Shown here: in pieces, positions 18,083 through 27,108 of the stretch
Numbering within the stretch: position 1 is the stretch's first letter
Layout: each line of letters opens with the position of its first letter
Origin: Deferribacterales bacterium
Lineage (GTDB): Bacteria > Chrysiogenota > Deferribacteres > Deferribacterales > Geovibrionaceae
Direction: 5' to 3'
Length of the DNA: 64,000 nt
NCBI GenBank assembly: GCA_050253075.1
Contig: JBFWJS010000001.1
Location: forward strand, 608,001 to 672,000
Position numbers and translations under genes: made by a program
The notes under the pieces: generated by a model
The model's input: the letters and a program-made list of their open reading frames with translations, nothing else
Told to the model about the DNA's origin: nothing
Databases searched by the model: none

Positions 18083-19648
18083 CTATATCCTGATGAGCAT
18101 ACAGGTGAAGTCGTCTTTCTGTGCCGTCTTCTCCTTAACCATCTCGTCGTACAGGACATCAAGTATATTGCCTTCACCAAATTTTGCAAGATGTTTGACG
18201 TCTTCTCTAAGCTGGTCGTCTGTGGTGTATTCCACCAGACCGTCTGTATATATGAAGATAACGTCCCCCTTGTGCAGGTCAATGGATTTCTCGTAATGCT
18301 TTTCTTCAAAGAGACCTATGGGGAGGAAATCTGATTTGATCACAAGGTCTTGCGCTTCTTCGCTGAAGACTGCGGCAGGCTCGTGCCCGCATGATATATA
18401 TCGCATTGTCTTGCATTTACAGTCGATGTAGCCGAAGAATGCGGTGATGAATCTGTCGGAAAATTTCTTTGCCAGCAGATATCTGTTAAGGGATGTCACC
18501 AGATTTGAAAGTGAGCCTTCGGTGTCGAAAAGGGCAGCATTTTCAGTGAATACAGAGAGCACAACGGTGAATACCGCCGCCGAATATCCCTTTCCGCATA
18601 CGTCTGCGACGGTGAAGAATATGCCTTTCTCGGTCTGTTTCACCATGAGGAAGTCTCCGCCTGCGGCTCTGGCGGGATAGTTTATCCCTGATATGCTGAT
18701 GCCGTCGTGGAGCTCAAGGTTTTTCTGTACGAACTTGTTCAGGATGTCTCCGGTGATCTGCATCTCGGATTCCTGAACCTTTATCTCTGTCATTCTCTTG
18801 TGATACTGGGCGTTTTCCACTGCGGTGGTCACAATGGATGAAACCAGTTCGGAGAATTCTTTATCGGGTATAACGTCAAAGTGTATGTTGAATAGGATGA
18901 TGCGGATGTCCATCGTCTCTTCGTATATAAAGAATATGTTGTCTATGTTGAACTTCTCGCATTCGATAAAGCTGTCGATGAACTCTGTGGCCTCCATCAT
19001 GGCGACCATCTCCAGCAGATTCTGTCCTTTGACGGTTATTTTCTTTTCAAAATCGACGAAATCTATGCCGAATCCCTGAAACTCGTCTTCGTGTATGGTG
19101 CATCCTGCCTCTGCGCTGAATGTATCCATGAAGAAATTCAGGGCGACAGCCATCACCTCGTCCACCTCTACGGCTTTGAGTATACGGCTGCTCTGTTTTA
19201 CTACTTCCAGCTTTTTCTGATAGTCGACAAATACGTTGATGTTCCGCTCACGGGCGATTATCTCGCTCATGCGCTGGCCTATATAGTCGGAGAATTCCAG
19301 CATCTCTGCTATGGCTTCTTCGTTGTCGGCGTGGAATGTCACTATGCCGTGTACGCTCCCCATGTATCTGAAAAAGACGGATGTTAACACCTCTATCTTT
19401 TCGTCGAAGAATTCGAGGGTGCGTTTTGTCCTGTCGCTTATCTGACCTTCGTATCCGAAATCGTGCAGGTCGAAACGGCCTTCTATCCTTTTATGCGTAC
19501 CCGCCACAGCCTCACAGATGGAGTTGTCTACCTTCCACAGGGTGAAGGGGGTGTCCCATGTATCTTTGATATGATCGTCTAAAAGGTGGAAAAAATCGGG
19601 GATGCTGTTTGCGAAAAGGCTGTCAAGAAGCTTCTTCTGGATCTTCAT
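18083..19648 (-). CDS. PP2C/SpoIIE family phosphatase with N-terminal GAF-like region
   Basis: GGDF, ADVCGKG, SCGH, YTDGLVE, DDFT. Confidence 0.9.
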   Translation of the reverse strand: MKIQKKLLDSLFANSIPDFFHLLDDHIKDTWDTPFTLWKVDNSICEAVAGTHKRIEGRFDLHDFGYEGQISDRTKRTLEFFDEKIEVLTSVFFRYMGSVHGIVTFHADNEEAIAEMLEFSDYIGQRMSEIIARERNINVFVDYQKKLEVVKQSSRILKAVEVDEVMAVALNFFMDTFSAEAGCTIHEDEFQGFGIDFVDFEKKITVKGQNLLEMVAMMEATEFIDSFIECEKFNIDNIFFIYEETMDIRIILFNIHFDVIPDKEFSELVSSIVTTAVENAQYHKRMTEIKVQESEMQITGDILNKFVQKNLELHDGISISGINYPARAAGGDFLMVKQTEKGIFFTVADVCGKGYSAAVFTVVLSVFTENAALFDTEGSLSNLVTSLNRYLLAKKFSDRFITAFFGYIDCKCKTMRYISCGHEPAAVFSEEAQDLVIKSDFLPIGLFEEKHYEKSIDLHKGDVIFIYTDGLVEYTTDDQLREDVKHLAKFGEGNILDVLYDEMVKEKTAQKDDFTCMLIRI

Positions 19649-20738
19649 CGGTCTTTTCCTCCTCTTCTTTGTTTACTGCATGGAGTATAGGGTTCATCAG
19701 GTTGAACAGTGCCTCAGGAGGCAGTTCGAGGAACGCACCTGCCTTTTCCGCAACGGAGAGTGTGTCGTCCACCATTGCAAACATGTTCGCATAGTAAAGC
19801 ACTCCGTTGAATCTATCTGTGGGCTTTGTGTGGTGTGCTCTGACAGCTTCTGCTATCAGCCCTACGACAGACCATTTACGCAGTACAAGCTCTCCTATAG
19901 AGCAGTGGTCGGTGCCCAGCTGCTGCTTCTCGCCCTCGGTGTCGTCGACCTCTTTAACGAGGAAGTCCACGAGGACGGTCTTGCCTATATCATGCATAAG
20001 CCCTGCAAGGTAGAGGGCATCTTCGTCCTCTCCGCATTCCTTGGCGAGCATTTCGCACAGTCTGGCAACGAGAAAGGAGTGATCCCAAAGTGCCTGACCG
20101 GTGGATTTATAAAGGCTGAAGTTTTTGGAGAAGAAGTGCTCTGTGGAGATGGCGAGAGCCAGATTCTTCACAGTGTTCAGACCCAGCAGAACCGTCGCCC
20201 TGTCTATGCTGGCGACATCCTGACGGAGTCCGTAAAATGGAGAGTTGACCAGCTTTATAATGCGTGAGCTGAGCCCCTGGTCCATCTTTATCTTTTCGAT
20301 GAAGTCCTTCATCTGTGTTTTATCGTTTCGGGTGAGCCTGACGAGTTCCTTCGCCAGAGCGGGGAGCGGCGGGATGTTCTCCGCCTTTGCAATTATCTTT
20401 GCTTTCAGGGTGTCGAATTCGTTGCCGTTCACTTTAGAGCTGTTCTCTACAGGTTTCCCTGCGAATTTTTTGCGTATCTCTTCGGGTTTCAGCGGGGGGA
20501 CGAATATGCCTGAAATTTTGAAATCTTTGAGTATCTCGATGACCTTTCGGTCTTTCACCGTCAGGTAGAAATATGTGGGCACGCTGAACTGCTTCGGCAG
20601 TTTAAAAAGTGTGGCCGTGTCGGATACTTCGATAAGGCAGGCCTGTGCGTCCTTGTCCGACGACAGCACGGCGGATGTGCCGAGAGCCTGCTGAAAGAGT
20701 TCTTTGCTAGCCTGAGAGCCCACATAGAGAATTTTCAT
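19623..20738 (-). CDS. HDOD domain protein with degenerate receiver-like N-terminus
   Basis: IPPLP, VNSPFYG, LWDHS, GLMHDIGK. Confidence 0.92.
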   Translation of the reverse strand: MKILYVGSQASKELFQQALGTSAVLSSDKDAQACLIEVSDTATLFKLPKQFSVPTYFYLTVKDRKVIEILKDFKISGIFVPPLKPEEIRKKFAGKPVENSSKVNGNEFDTLKAKIIAKAENIPPLPALAKELVRLTRNDKTQMKDFIEKIKMDQGLSSRIIKLVNSPFYGLRQDVASIDRATVLLGLNTVKNLALAISTEHFFSKNFSLYKSTGQALWDHSFLVARLCEMLAKECGEDEDALYLAGLMHDIGKTVLVDFLVKEVDDTEGEKQQLGTDHCSIGELVLRKWSVVGLIAEAVRAHHTKPTDRFNGVLYYANMFAMVDDTLSVAEKAGAFLELPPEALFNLMNPILHAVNKEEEEKTDEDPEEAS

Positions 20739-21094
20739 TCAGCTTTGCTCTTTATCACGTCTATCAGTTCTTTAGGGCTGAAAGGCTTTGTCAGATAAGC
20801 ATCTGCGCCTGCGTCGGTGCCCTTTTTCATGTCTTCGGAATCAGCCATGGCAGTCAGCAGGATAATGGGAGTGTTCGCAAACTTCTCGTTTGCTTTCAGC
20901 TCTGCGCATGCCTCTAGTCCTGTTTTTTCGGGCATCATGACATCCAGCACGATGACATCGGGCGAATGTTCCTCGGCGAGTTTTACCGCCTGCAGTCCGT
21001 TGCTCGCTTCGATAATGTCGAATCCGCTCTTCTTCATATGCAGAGAAACAACCTTTCGGAGCCTAAGCTCATCATCAGCTATTAATACTTTCAT
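20735..21094 (-). CDS. Single-domain response regulator
   Basis: LIADDE, LDVMMP, LTA, KPF. Confidence 0.95.
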   Translation of the reverse strand: MKVLIADDELRLRKVVSLHMKKSGFDIIEASNGLQAVKLAEEHSPDVIVLDVMMPEKTGLEACAELKANEKFANTPIILLTAMADSEDMKKGTDAGADAYLTKPFSPKELIDVIKSKAE

Positions 21095-21665
21095 CTGGAA
21101 ACCTCAGCTCTATAGATATTTTGTCGTACTCGGTCTCGATCCCCTGCGATGCCAATACTTCTTTGAAGATGGCGAATATTTCAGGATTTTCATAAAAGCC
21201 TCCGTCGGGCTTTATGCTGACAGTGTTGTCTGCAAATCGTACGGAGAAGCCCCCCTGAGCTGCCAGTGCTGCCTCGTGCAGGAATATCTGCAAAAGGTTT
21301 TTAAAGGCATAGGGCTCGCAGTGTACCTTCAAGTTTTCCGGGATGTCGGTGTCAGTATTACAGCTGCCGTCTTTAGGTACGGCGTTAAGTATAAATAAGT
21401 CCACTAGCATTTTCAGATCAACATCTTCGGGCTCTGAGCTTTCAGGTTTTCCAAAGATGTGGTTGAAGCAGACGCTCATTCCTCTGTCGAAAATGTCCAG
21501 CAGGTATCCCGACTCCATTATCATCTGAGACATGGATTCGTCAGTAAGTCCTTCATTAATAGCTTCCAGCATGGCCACTATCACTGCGGTATTAGTGCGG
21601 ATGTGGTGAGAGAAGTATCTGTGAACAGTTTCGACCAGCTTATTGGAATTTTCAGCGGTATTCAT
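21075..21665 (-). CDS. Histidine-kinase-like protein with degenerate ATPase domain (ChpT-like candidate)
   Basis: H-box-like FSHHIRT; IPENLKVHC..AFKNLLQIFLHEA resembles an N-box lacking Asn; no G boxes. Confidence 0.55.
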   Translation of the reverse strand: MNTAENSNKLVETVHRYFSHHIRTNTAVIVAMLEAINEGLTDESMSQMIMESGYLLDIFDRGMSVCFNHIFGKPESSEPEDVDLKMLVDLFILNAVPKDGSCNTDTDIPENLKVHCEPYAFKNLLQIFLHEAALAAQGGFSVRFADNTVSIKPDGGFYENPEIFAIFKEVLASQGIETEYDKISIELRFPDESINS

Positions 21666-21751
21666 GGTGACCACCTCTAATTTCCTAAGTATAAAGGGGA
21701 ATATCTGCATTTTCAACAAATTAATATCGAAATATGCAAGGGCCTGTGCGC

Positions 21752-23482
21752 CTAGTGATGGGGCACTGCGCAGGAGGTGTGCGATTCGGAGTTTTCTATT
21801 ATCACTATAAAGCGTTCTTTCGGCGGTTCTCTGTCGGGTTTCTGCAGTTCTATCCTGCCGTTCACCCCTTGTATCACGACGGTGTTTCCTGTCGTGTCTA
21901 TGTCTGCTAACCCTTTTACGCGGAAGGCATTTTCAGCTTCGTTTTTTATCAGGCTGAGCAGTTCGTCACGGGACAGAGGCTCATTCAGGGATATCTTCCT
22001 CGTGGTGATGTGTTCGTGGGTGTGGTTATGCATTGCGCCCGTGTCGGTGAGCCTGCTTTCACGCTCTTCGCCGTATAGCAGAGGGAATGCGGTATATCCG
22101 TTCACTGCTTTGGCATAGAGTGCGTTTGGGTTCAGCCTTTTCAGCATATTATGTACGCTCTGCACCTGCTCTTCGTCTGTCATGTCTGTCTTGTTCATGA
22201 CTACGATGTCTGCTGCCATTATCTGACTGCATACGAGGTCGCTGTCGTTTATCCTCTCTTCGGCTGACGGAGTGTCCACCACTGTGGTCACGCTGTCGAA
22301 GGCGACGATGTCTTTTATATCCTCTATCTCGCTCAGCAGGTTCATAGGGTTTGCCACGCCGCTGGTCTCGAGGATTATTGTGTCGGGGATGCGCTCTTTT
22401 GATAGATCGGCTATAGCCATTTTGAGCTGTCCCGAGAGCGTACAGCATACGCACCCTTCGTCTATCTGCACCAGTGAGCAGTCGTAGTCCAGCAGGAATC
22501 CGTCCAGACCTGTTTCGCCTGCTTCGTTTTGTATGATGCCGACGAATCTGTTCTTTTCTGTTTCATATTCTATCAGCTTTTTGATGAATGTGGTCTTTCC
22601 GCTGCCGAGGAATCCGCTGATGATGAGCAGTCTCGGTCTGCTGTCCATTATCTTCTCTTCGGATTTTATCTCTTCGTTCCACCAGCCTTTGCGGACGGCA
22701 GTTTTGAAGACACTGCTTTCGCCGTCCCTACCTTCGTATGTCAAAGCCAGAAAGAGCATGTGCGCAGTTCTGCTCGGTACTTCCTCTGCACCTTCTCTGC
22801 TTAGGATGGTCTGGAAAGCACCTGATGAACGCTTTGATATCTTGTCTGCGGATGTCTCCATAGAATAAGCCAGCGCCCCTGTGAAGGCTTTGAAAAACGG
22901 GAGTGCCAGTCTGTATGAAGGGATGTTTCTGTCGTATCCCATCGGCGGGACCAGTTCCTGAAGCTCGCCTGTTTCGCCCTTGAGGTACAGCCCCTCACGT
23001 ATTACCGTGCGGGTGAATGTCTCTGTATATAGCTCCGCCGTGAAGCGGTTTTCTTTTTTAGGGAAGTGCAGTGATATCTCGCCTATACCGAAAAGCTCAA
23101 AGAATGCGTCCACTGATGTGAAATTACGCACGCTGTCGGTATATGACGGGTCGTTTGCTGCCATTATCTCCGCTATGGAGAAGTTGTCGAGAGCCTCTTC
23201 ATTATTCATCGGAAAGTATTTTATGCCGAGGTAGCACTCGTATTCGTCGTCTGTCTCGTGGATGTAGACTATGTTTACGCCGTAGACCCCTTCTTTTCCC
23301 CGCAGTTTCACCGTCCAGCATTCGGGTGAGCTGAAGTTGGAATTGAAGCCTGCTATGCCGAGGGTGCGCTTTATCTTGAAATTAAAGCAGCTCTTCATGA
23401 ATATTGAGCGGACTATACCGCTGAATGATTCGTGCAGGTTTTCATTTATCCCCGGTGGGTATAGGTTTGTCAGGTCAAACAT
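21752..23482 (-). CDS. CobW/COG0523 family GTPase with long N-terminal extension
   Basis: SGFLGSGKTT, QNEAG, GCVCC, ETSG, NKTD, His patch, FRVKG. Confidence 0.92.
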   Translation of the reverse strand: MFDLTNLYPPGINENLHESFSGIVRSIFMKSCFNFKIKRTLGIAGFNSNFSSPECWTVKLRGKEGVYGVNIVYIHETDDEYECYLGIKYFPMNNEEALDNFSIAEIMAANDPSYTDSVRNFTSVDAFFELFGIGEISLHFPKKENRFTAELYTETFTRTVIREGLYLKGETGELQELVPPMGYDRNIPSYRLALPFFKAFTGALAYSMETSADKISKRSSGAFQTILSREGAEEVPSRTAHMLFLALTYEGRDGESSVFKTAVRKGWWNEEIKSEEKIMDSRPRLLIISGFLGSGKTTFIKKLIEYETEKNRFVGIIQNEAGETGLDGFLLDYDCSLVQIDEGCVCCTLSGQLKMAIADLSKERIPDTIILETSGVANPMNLLSEIEDIKDIVAFDSVTTVVDTPSAEERINDSDLVCSQIMAADIVVMNKTDMTDEEQVQSVHNMLKRLNPNALYAKAVNGYTAFPLLYGEERESRLTDTGAMHNHTHEHITTRKISLNEPLSRDELLSLIKNEAENAFRVKGLADIDTTGNTVVIQGVNGRIELQKPDREPPKERFIVIIENSESHTSCAVPHH

Positions 23483-23535
23483 GTCTGTCCTTTTATATCA
23501 GGGGCCGGACATATGCCCGACCCCATAGAGGTTGA

Positions 23536-24699
23536 TTATGCTCCGAACTGGATCCTGTCGCCGTTGCCGAGGTATACGTTGCTCTTAGAGCGGAACTGCG
23601 CCGTACCCTGTACGACGGGATACCCCGCCTCGACAAATTTTTTCGCAGTGAGGATACCCGTACAGTGGTTGCACCCCACTTTTTCGAATCCCCATTTGCC
23701 CAGAGATATGACAAGGTCGTCATACTTCGGATCCCAGTCGTCGAAAGGCGATATGTGAAGACCGCCATAGATACCGTACATCTTGTCGTTTTCATACTGC
23801 AGCTCACGATAGGCTGTGTCGGCGAACTTTATGATGCCCTGATGGCAGCATCCGGTAACGCTGACGAGCCCTTTGTCGGCTACGTTGAAATAGAGTGACT
23901 GCTCGCCGAATACACGGCAGATGATAGGCACGTCAAAGACGTATGTTGCCATGCCGGGGAGCATAGTGTTCAGGCCTTTTTTCATCAAGGTCAGCTCGCC
24001 TGTGTGGCCGGAGTCTTTGATATACTGCAGTCCTTCCTCGTAGAAGCCCTCCGGATAATAGATAGGTATATCGGGCTTATACTTCATAGTTACAGGGAGC
24101 CCCCAGAAATGGTCGAAGTGCTCGTGGGAGAGGATGAGCGCCTCGATCTCGCCGTTTGCGAGCATCTTGTCTATCCCTTCACGCTTAAAACATTCGTCCA
24201 TCCACTGATACGACCAGCCGCTGTCCAGAAGGTATTTATGCTTCTGTCCGTTCATCTCCTCCACCTCTACCAGAGCGGCATAACCGCCTGCGTTCTCGGG
24301 GTGGATGCAGTTTTTGGTCGCTATTTCCCATGCCTTTTCCAGGTCGTGGGGGAGGTATTCTTTTATGGCTGCGATCCCCTCTTTATAGGAGCCTTTCGCC
24401 AGCCCTTTTCCGTTTCCGAAAGGTGCCCAGTTGTAGTCGTACTGATTAACCAGCAGACCGCCTGCGCCTTTGATATCGCCCATGAGGACAGCGTTGTCAA
24501 ACCAGCTTGTCTCGGAGATGTTGGTCACGTGGACGCTTTTGCATACTCCGAAGTCTTTGCCCAGTCTTGTCACCTTCGGCAGGAAATTCTCTCTCATAGA
24601 TGAATATGAGAATAAGCCCATAGAGGCGAGAGTTCCCAGACCGATGCCTGTGAGTGTCCCCTTTACGAAATCCCTGCGGGAAAGTTTGTTATCAGACAT
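23536..24699 (-). CDS. Tat-exported metallo-beta-lactamase-fold hydrolase (COG1237-like)
   Basis: SRRDFVK twin-arginine signal; SHEHFDH, GCCH, GGLH, HCTG. Confidence 0.88.
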   Translation of the reverse strand: MSDNKLSRRDFVKGTLTGIGLGTLASMGLFSYSSMRENFLPKVTRLGKDFGVCKSVHVTNISETSWFDNAVLMGDIKGAGGLLVNQYDYNWAPFGNGKGLAKGSYKEGIAAIKEYLPHDLEKAWEIATKNCIHPENAGGYAALVEVEEMNGQKHKYLLDSGWSYQWMDECFKREGIDKMLANGEIEALILSHEHFDHFWGLPVTMKYKPDIPIYYPEGFYEEGLQYIKDSGHTGELTLMKKGLNTMLPGMATYVFDVPIICRVFGEQSLYFNVADKGLVSVTGCCHQGIIKFADTAYRELQYENDKMYGIYGGLHISPFDDWDPKYDDLVISLGKWGFEKVGCNHCTGILTAKKFVEAGYPVVQGTAQFRSKSNVYLGNGDRIQFGA

Positions 24700-24715
24700 T
24701 TTATCCCTCCCAGGG

Positions 24716-26095
24716 TTAGTTGATCACTTTGAATGAGAAGAGCGTCGGTATCACGGTGATGGCGATGAAATAGAGCGCAACGCCTATCGCTGTACCTGTC
24801 AGGAGCCCCATAGCAAAGCGCGGGGTCCATACTGTCTGCTCTTCTGCTGCATGTTCGGCCGCCTCGGATGTTACGAGCTTAAAGCCAGGCCAGCCGTCCA
24901 TAAACCAGTGGTGGATAAGGAAGATGTTTATCAGCCATATCATAGGTATCATAGGGAACTGCTGAGGGTGTGAGAACCCTTTCTGTGTTCCAAGGAAGAG
25001 GTGCGATGTTTTGTAATATACGACGTATATGACGCACGCAGCCGCTATTGATATCAATGTGCGGATAAACACGTTCACGGGTGTTGAGTATTTCTTCGGC
25101 CAGTTGTCTGCGTATAGATACATAAAGAGCGCAGGCACAAGCCAGAAGATAGCCATCTCGCCGACGTGGAGCCAGCGCCAGTCGGGAGACATCAGCCTTC
25201 TTGTTCCTCTGATAGCAGGACCCCAGACGAGTTCCTGAGCGAAATAGAGGAAGAATGACAGAGCGACGGCTATGACAAATATGCCAAAGAAAGATGTCGT
25301 ACGCCTCAGCCAGTCGGTTTTTATCATGCTGAACGGATATCTTTGCCATATTGTCTCATACATCCATACTATAACCGTGGCACACATTATCCATGCTATG
25401 TGGAAGTTACCGTGTACGGTATTGGCAAAGTCCTGCCAGTACGGAGGTGCTATCGCCGTGTACTTCTGCCATGGATAGAAAAGGATGCCCATATGCGGAT
25501 GCATAGTGACAAAATAAATAATAATACTCATGAAGAAGGTCAGCATCAGTACACTGAATCCTTTCACAGGCTGAGTCAGCTTCTGCCACGGTGCATTCTC
25601 GGCTGCGACAACCCAAGCAGGGCTCAGCCATGAAGCGATGGCGGCAAACATAAGTATCGCCTGTGCTGCGTATTCCTCAGCGTAGAACTCTGTCAGCCCC
25701 AGCTTTGTCAGCTGTGCCGGGCTGAAATAGGCAATAGCGAAATTACCGAGCAGTCCGTTGAAGAAAAGTTTTAATACACCCAGAAAGATAGCGACAGAGA
25801 ATGCCGACAGTATCAAACCTTTTACAAGGGGGTGTGTGCTCTCCAGCCAGCTCCTTTTAAAGGGCCAGAAGTTGAAGATGTAAGCTACCCAGATGAACAT
25901 GATAAGGAGCCAACGGCACCACATGTAGCCCACGTACGGGGTGTACATTCTCATGATTCCTCTCGGGTCTTGAAAGATCCACCATGTGGAATAGAAGAGT
26001 ATTGCGATGACGGCAACGTTTGCCAGCATCGGCCAGGGACCTTTCCACCTTTTGACGAGCGTGCGCTCCTCAAGAAATAGTCTGCCTTCGCTCAT
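24716..26095 (-). CDS. Polytopic membrane protein (putative transporter, function unknown)
   Basis: AAGGAG RBS; many Trp/Pro-rich TM segments with recurring WPF/WP motifs. Confidence 0.8.
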   Translation of the reverse strand: MSEGRLFLEERTLVKRWKGPWPMLANVAVIAILFYSTWWIFQDPRGIMRMYTPYVGYMWCRWLLIMFIWVAYIFNFWPFKRSWLESTHPLVKGLILSAFSVAIFLGVLKLFFNGLLGNFAIAYFSPAQLTKLGLTEFYAEEYAAQAILMFAAIASWLSPAWVVAAENAPWQKLTQPVKGFSVLMLTFFMSIIIYFVTMHPHMGILFYPWQKYTAIAPPYWQDFANTVHGNFHIAWIMCATVIVWMYETIWQRYPFSMIKTDWLRRTTSFFGIFVIAVALSFFLYFAQELVWGPAIRGTRRLMSPDWRWLHVGEMAIFWLVPALFMYLYADNWPKKYSTPVNVFIRTLISIAAACVIYVVYYKTSHLFLGTQKGFSHPQQFPMIPMIWLINIFLIHHWFMDGWPGFKLVTSEAAEHAAEEQTVWTPRFAMGLLTGTAIGVALYFIAITVIPTLFSFKVIN

Positions 26096-26355
26096 GGTTA
26101 ACTCCTTAGCGTAAAGCTCTAAAGGTCACAAAGCATCCTTTGAGTGGATGCTGCTATCTATAGTATACCACTTGAATAGCTTTTCGCATGAAAAAGTTTA
26201 AATGCTAATTTTTATATATAACAAACAGTTAGGTTAATTAATAATAAATATCAAATGAACATAAGTTCTATTTAGCTTGTATTAAAGACACTTTTTGCTG
26301 TTGTGTTCCCTTTTGAAAATTTATAGAATATTAAATAAATCAGCGGAGGTTTCTT

Positions 26356-26766
26356 ATGGATTGTATTTTTTGCAAGATTATCGCAGGCGAGATACCCTGC
26401 AGCAAGGTTTACGAAGACACTCTCTTCATCGCTTTCCTCGATATCAATCCCGTACATAAGGGGCATCTGCTCATCGTTCCCAAGAGACATTTCGTAAACA
26501 TGCTCGACACGCCAGATGTGGAAGCTGTTGAGATTTATAAGGTCGCCCGTGATCTGGGCAAGGCTGTGATGGAGGCGACAGGATGTGACGGGGTGAACCT
26601 TGTGCAGAACAACAACGCCGCCGCAGGACAGGAAGTTTTCCACTCGCACCTGCACATCATCCCCAGATATGAAGACGACGGACTGCACTTCGCCTCTATA
26701 AAGAAGGAGTACGACAGCTTCGACGAAATGGGCGAAATGGCAGAAAAGATCAAAAACGCATTATAA
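26356..26766 (+). CDS. HIT family protein
   Basis: DCIFCKI and HSHLHIIP triad. Confidence 0.96.
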   Translation: MDCIFCKIIAGEIPCSKVYEDTLFIAFLDINPVHKGHLLIVPKRHFVNMLDTPDVEAVEIYKVARDLGKAVMEATGCDGVNLVQNNNAAAGQEVFHSHLHIIPRYEDDGLHFASIKKEYDSFDEMGEMAEKIKNAL

Positions 26767-26848
26767 ATAAACGCTTAGGATGAGCTTTGCTTTTAACAAA
26801 GCGACCGACCAAATTATTTTCTAGGACAGAAAATAAATCTAACTAATT

Positions 26849-26945
26849 GGGGGAGTTTGGGATGCTGGTGCACCCCACGGTCTTCAAAACCGATTGTGAC
26901 GGGTTCTGCTCGTCAGGCAGGTTCGATTCCTGTGCTCCTCCGCCA
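26849..26945 (+). tRNA. selC: tRNA-Sec (anticodon UCA)
   Basis: 8-bp acceptor stem, anticodon TCA at 26884-26886, long variable arm, GTTCGATTC T-loop, encoded GCCA end. Confidence 0.96.
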
Positions 26946-26949
26946 ATAA
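26935..26949 (+). repeat. att-like direct repeat (selC 3' end)
   Basis: CTCCTCCGCCAATAA, identical to 29630-29644. Confidence 0.85.
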
Positions 26950-26960
26950 TATTCTGATCT

Positions 26961-27099
26961 GTAACATATGTGTTACTTAATTTTATTTAAGTAACATAAT
27001 ATGGCTAAAATGTTACTTATTTTCATATCTCTCCTTGCAAATAACATATGTGTTACATATTATAATTTAAGTAACGTTAAAGTTGAATTATGTTAGTTA
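26961..27099 (+). promoter_or_regulatory. 80-bp-period duplicated palindrome array overlapping the fic promoter
   Basis: TAACATATGTGTTAC at 26962 and 27042; TTGCAA(27035)-N17-TATTAT(27058) promoter. Confidence 0.7.
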
Positions 27100-27108
27100 G
27101 GTGACGAT

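Noticed and set aside
26961..27099. CRISPR-like array
   Set aside because: Only two imperfect units, no unique spacers and no cas genes
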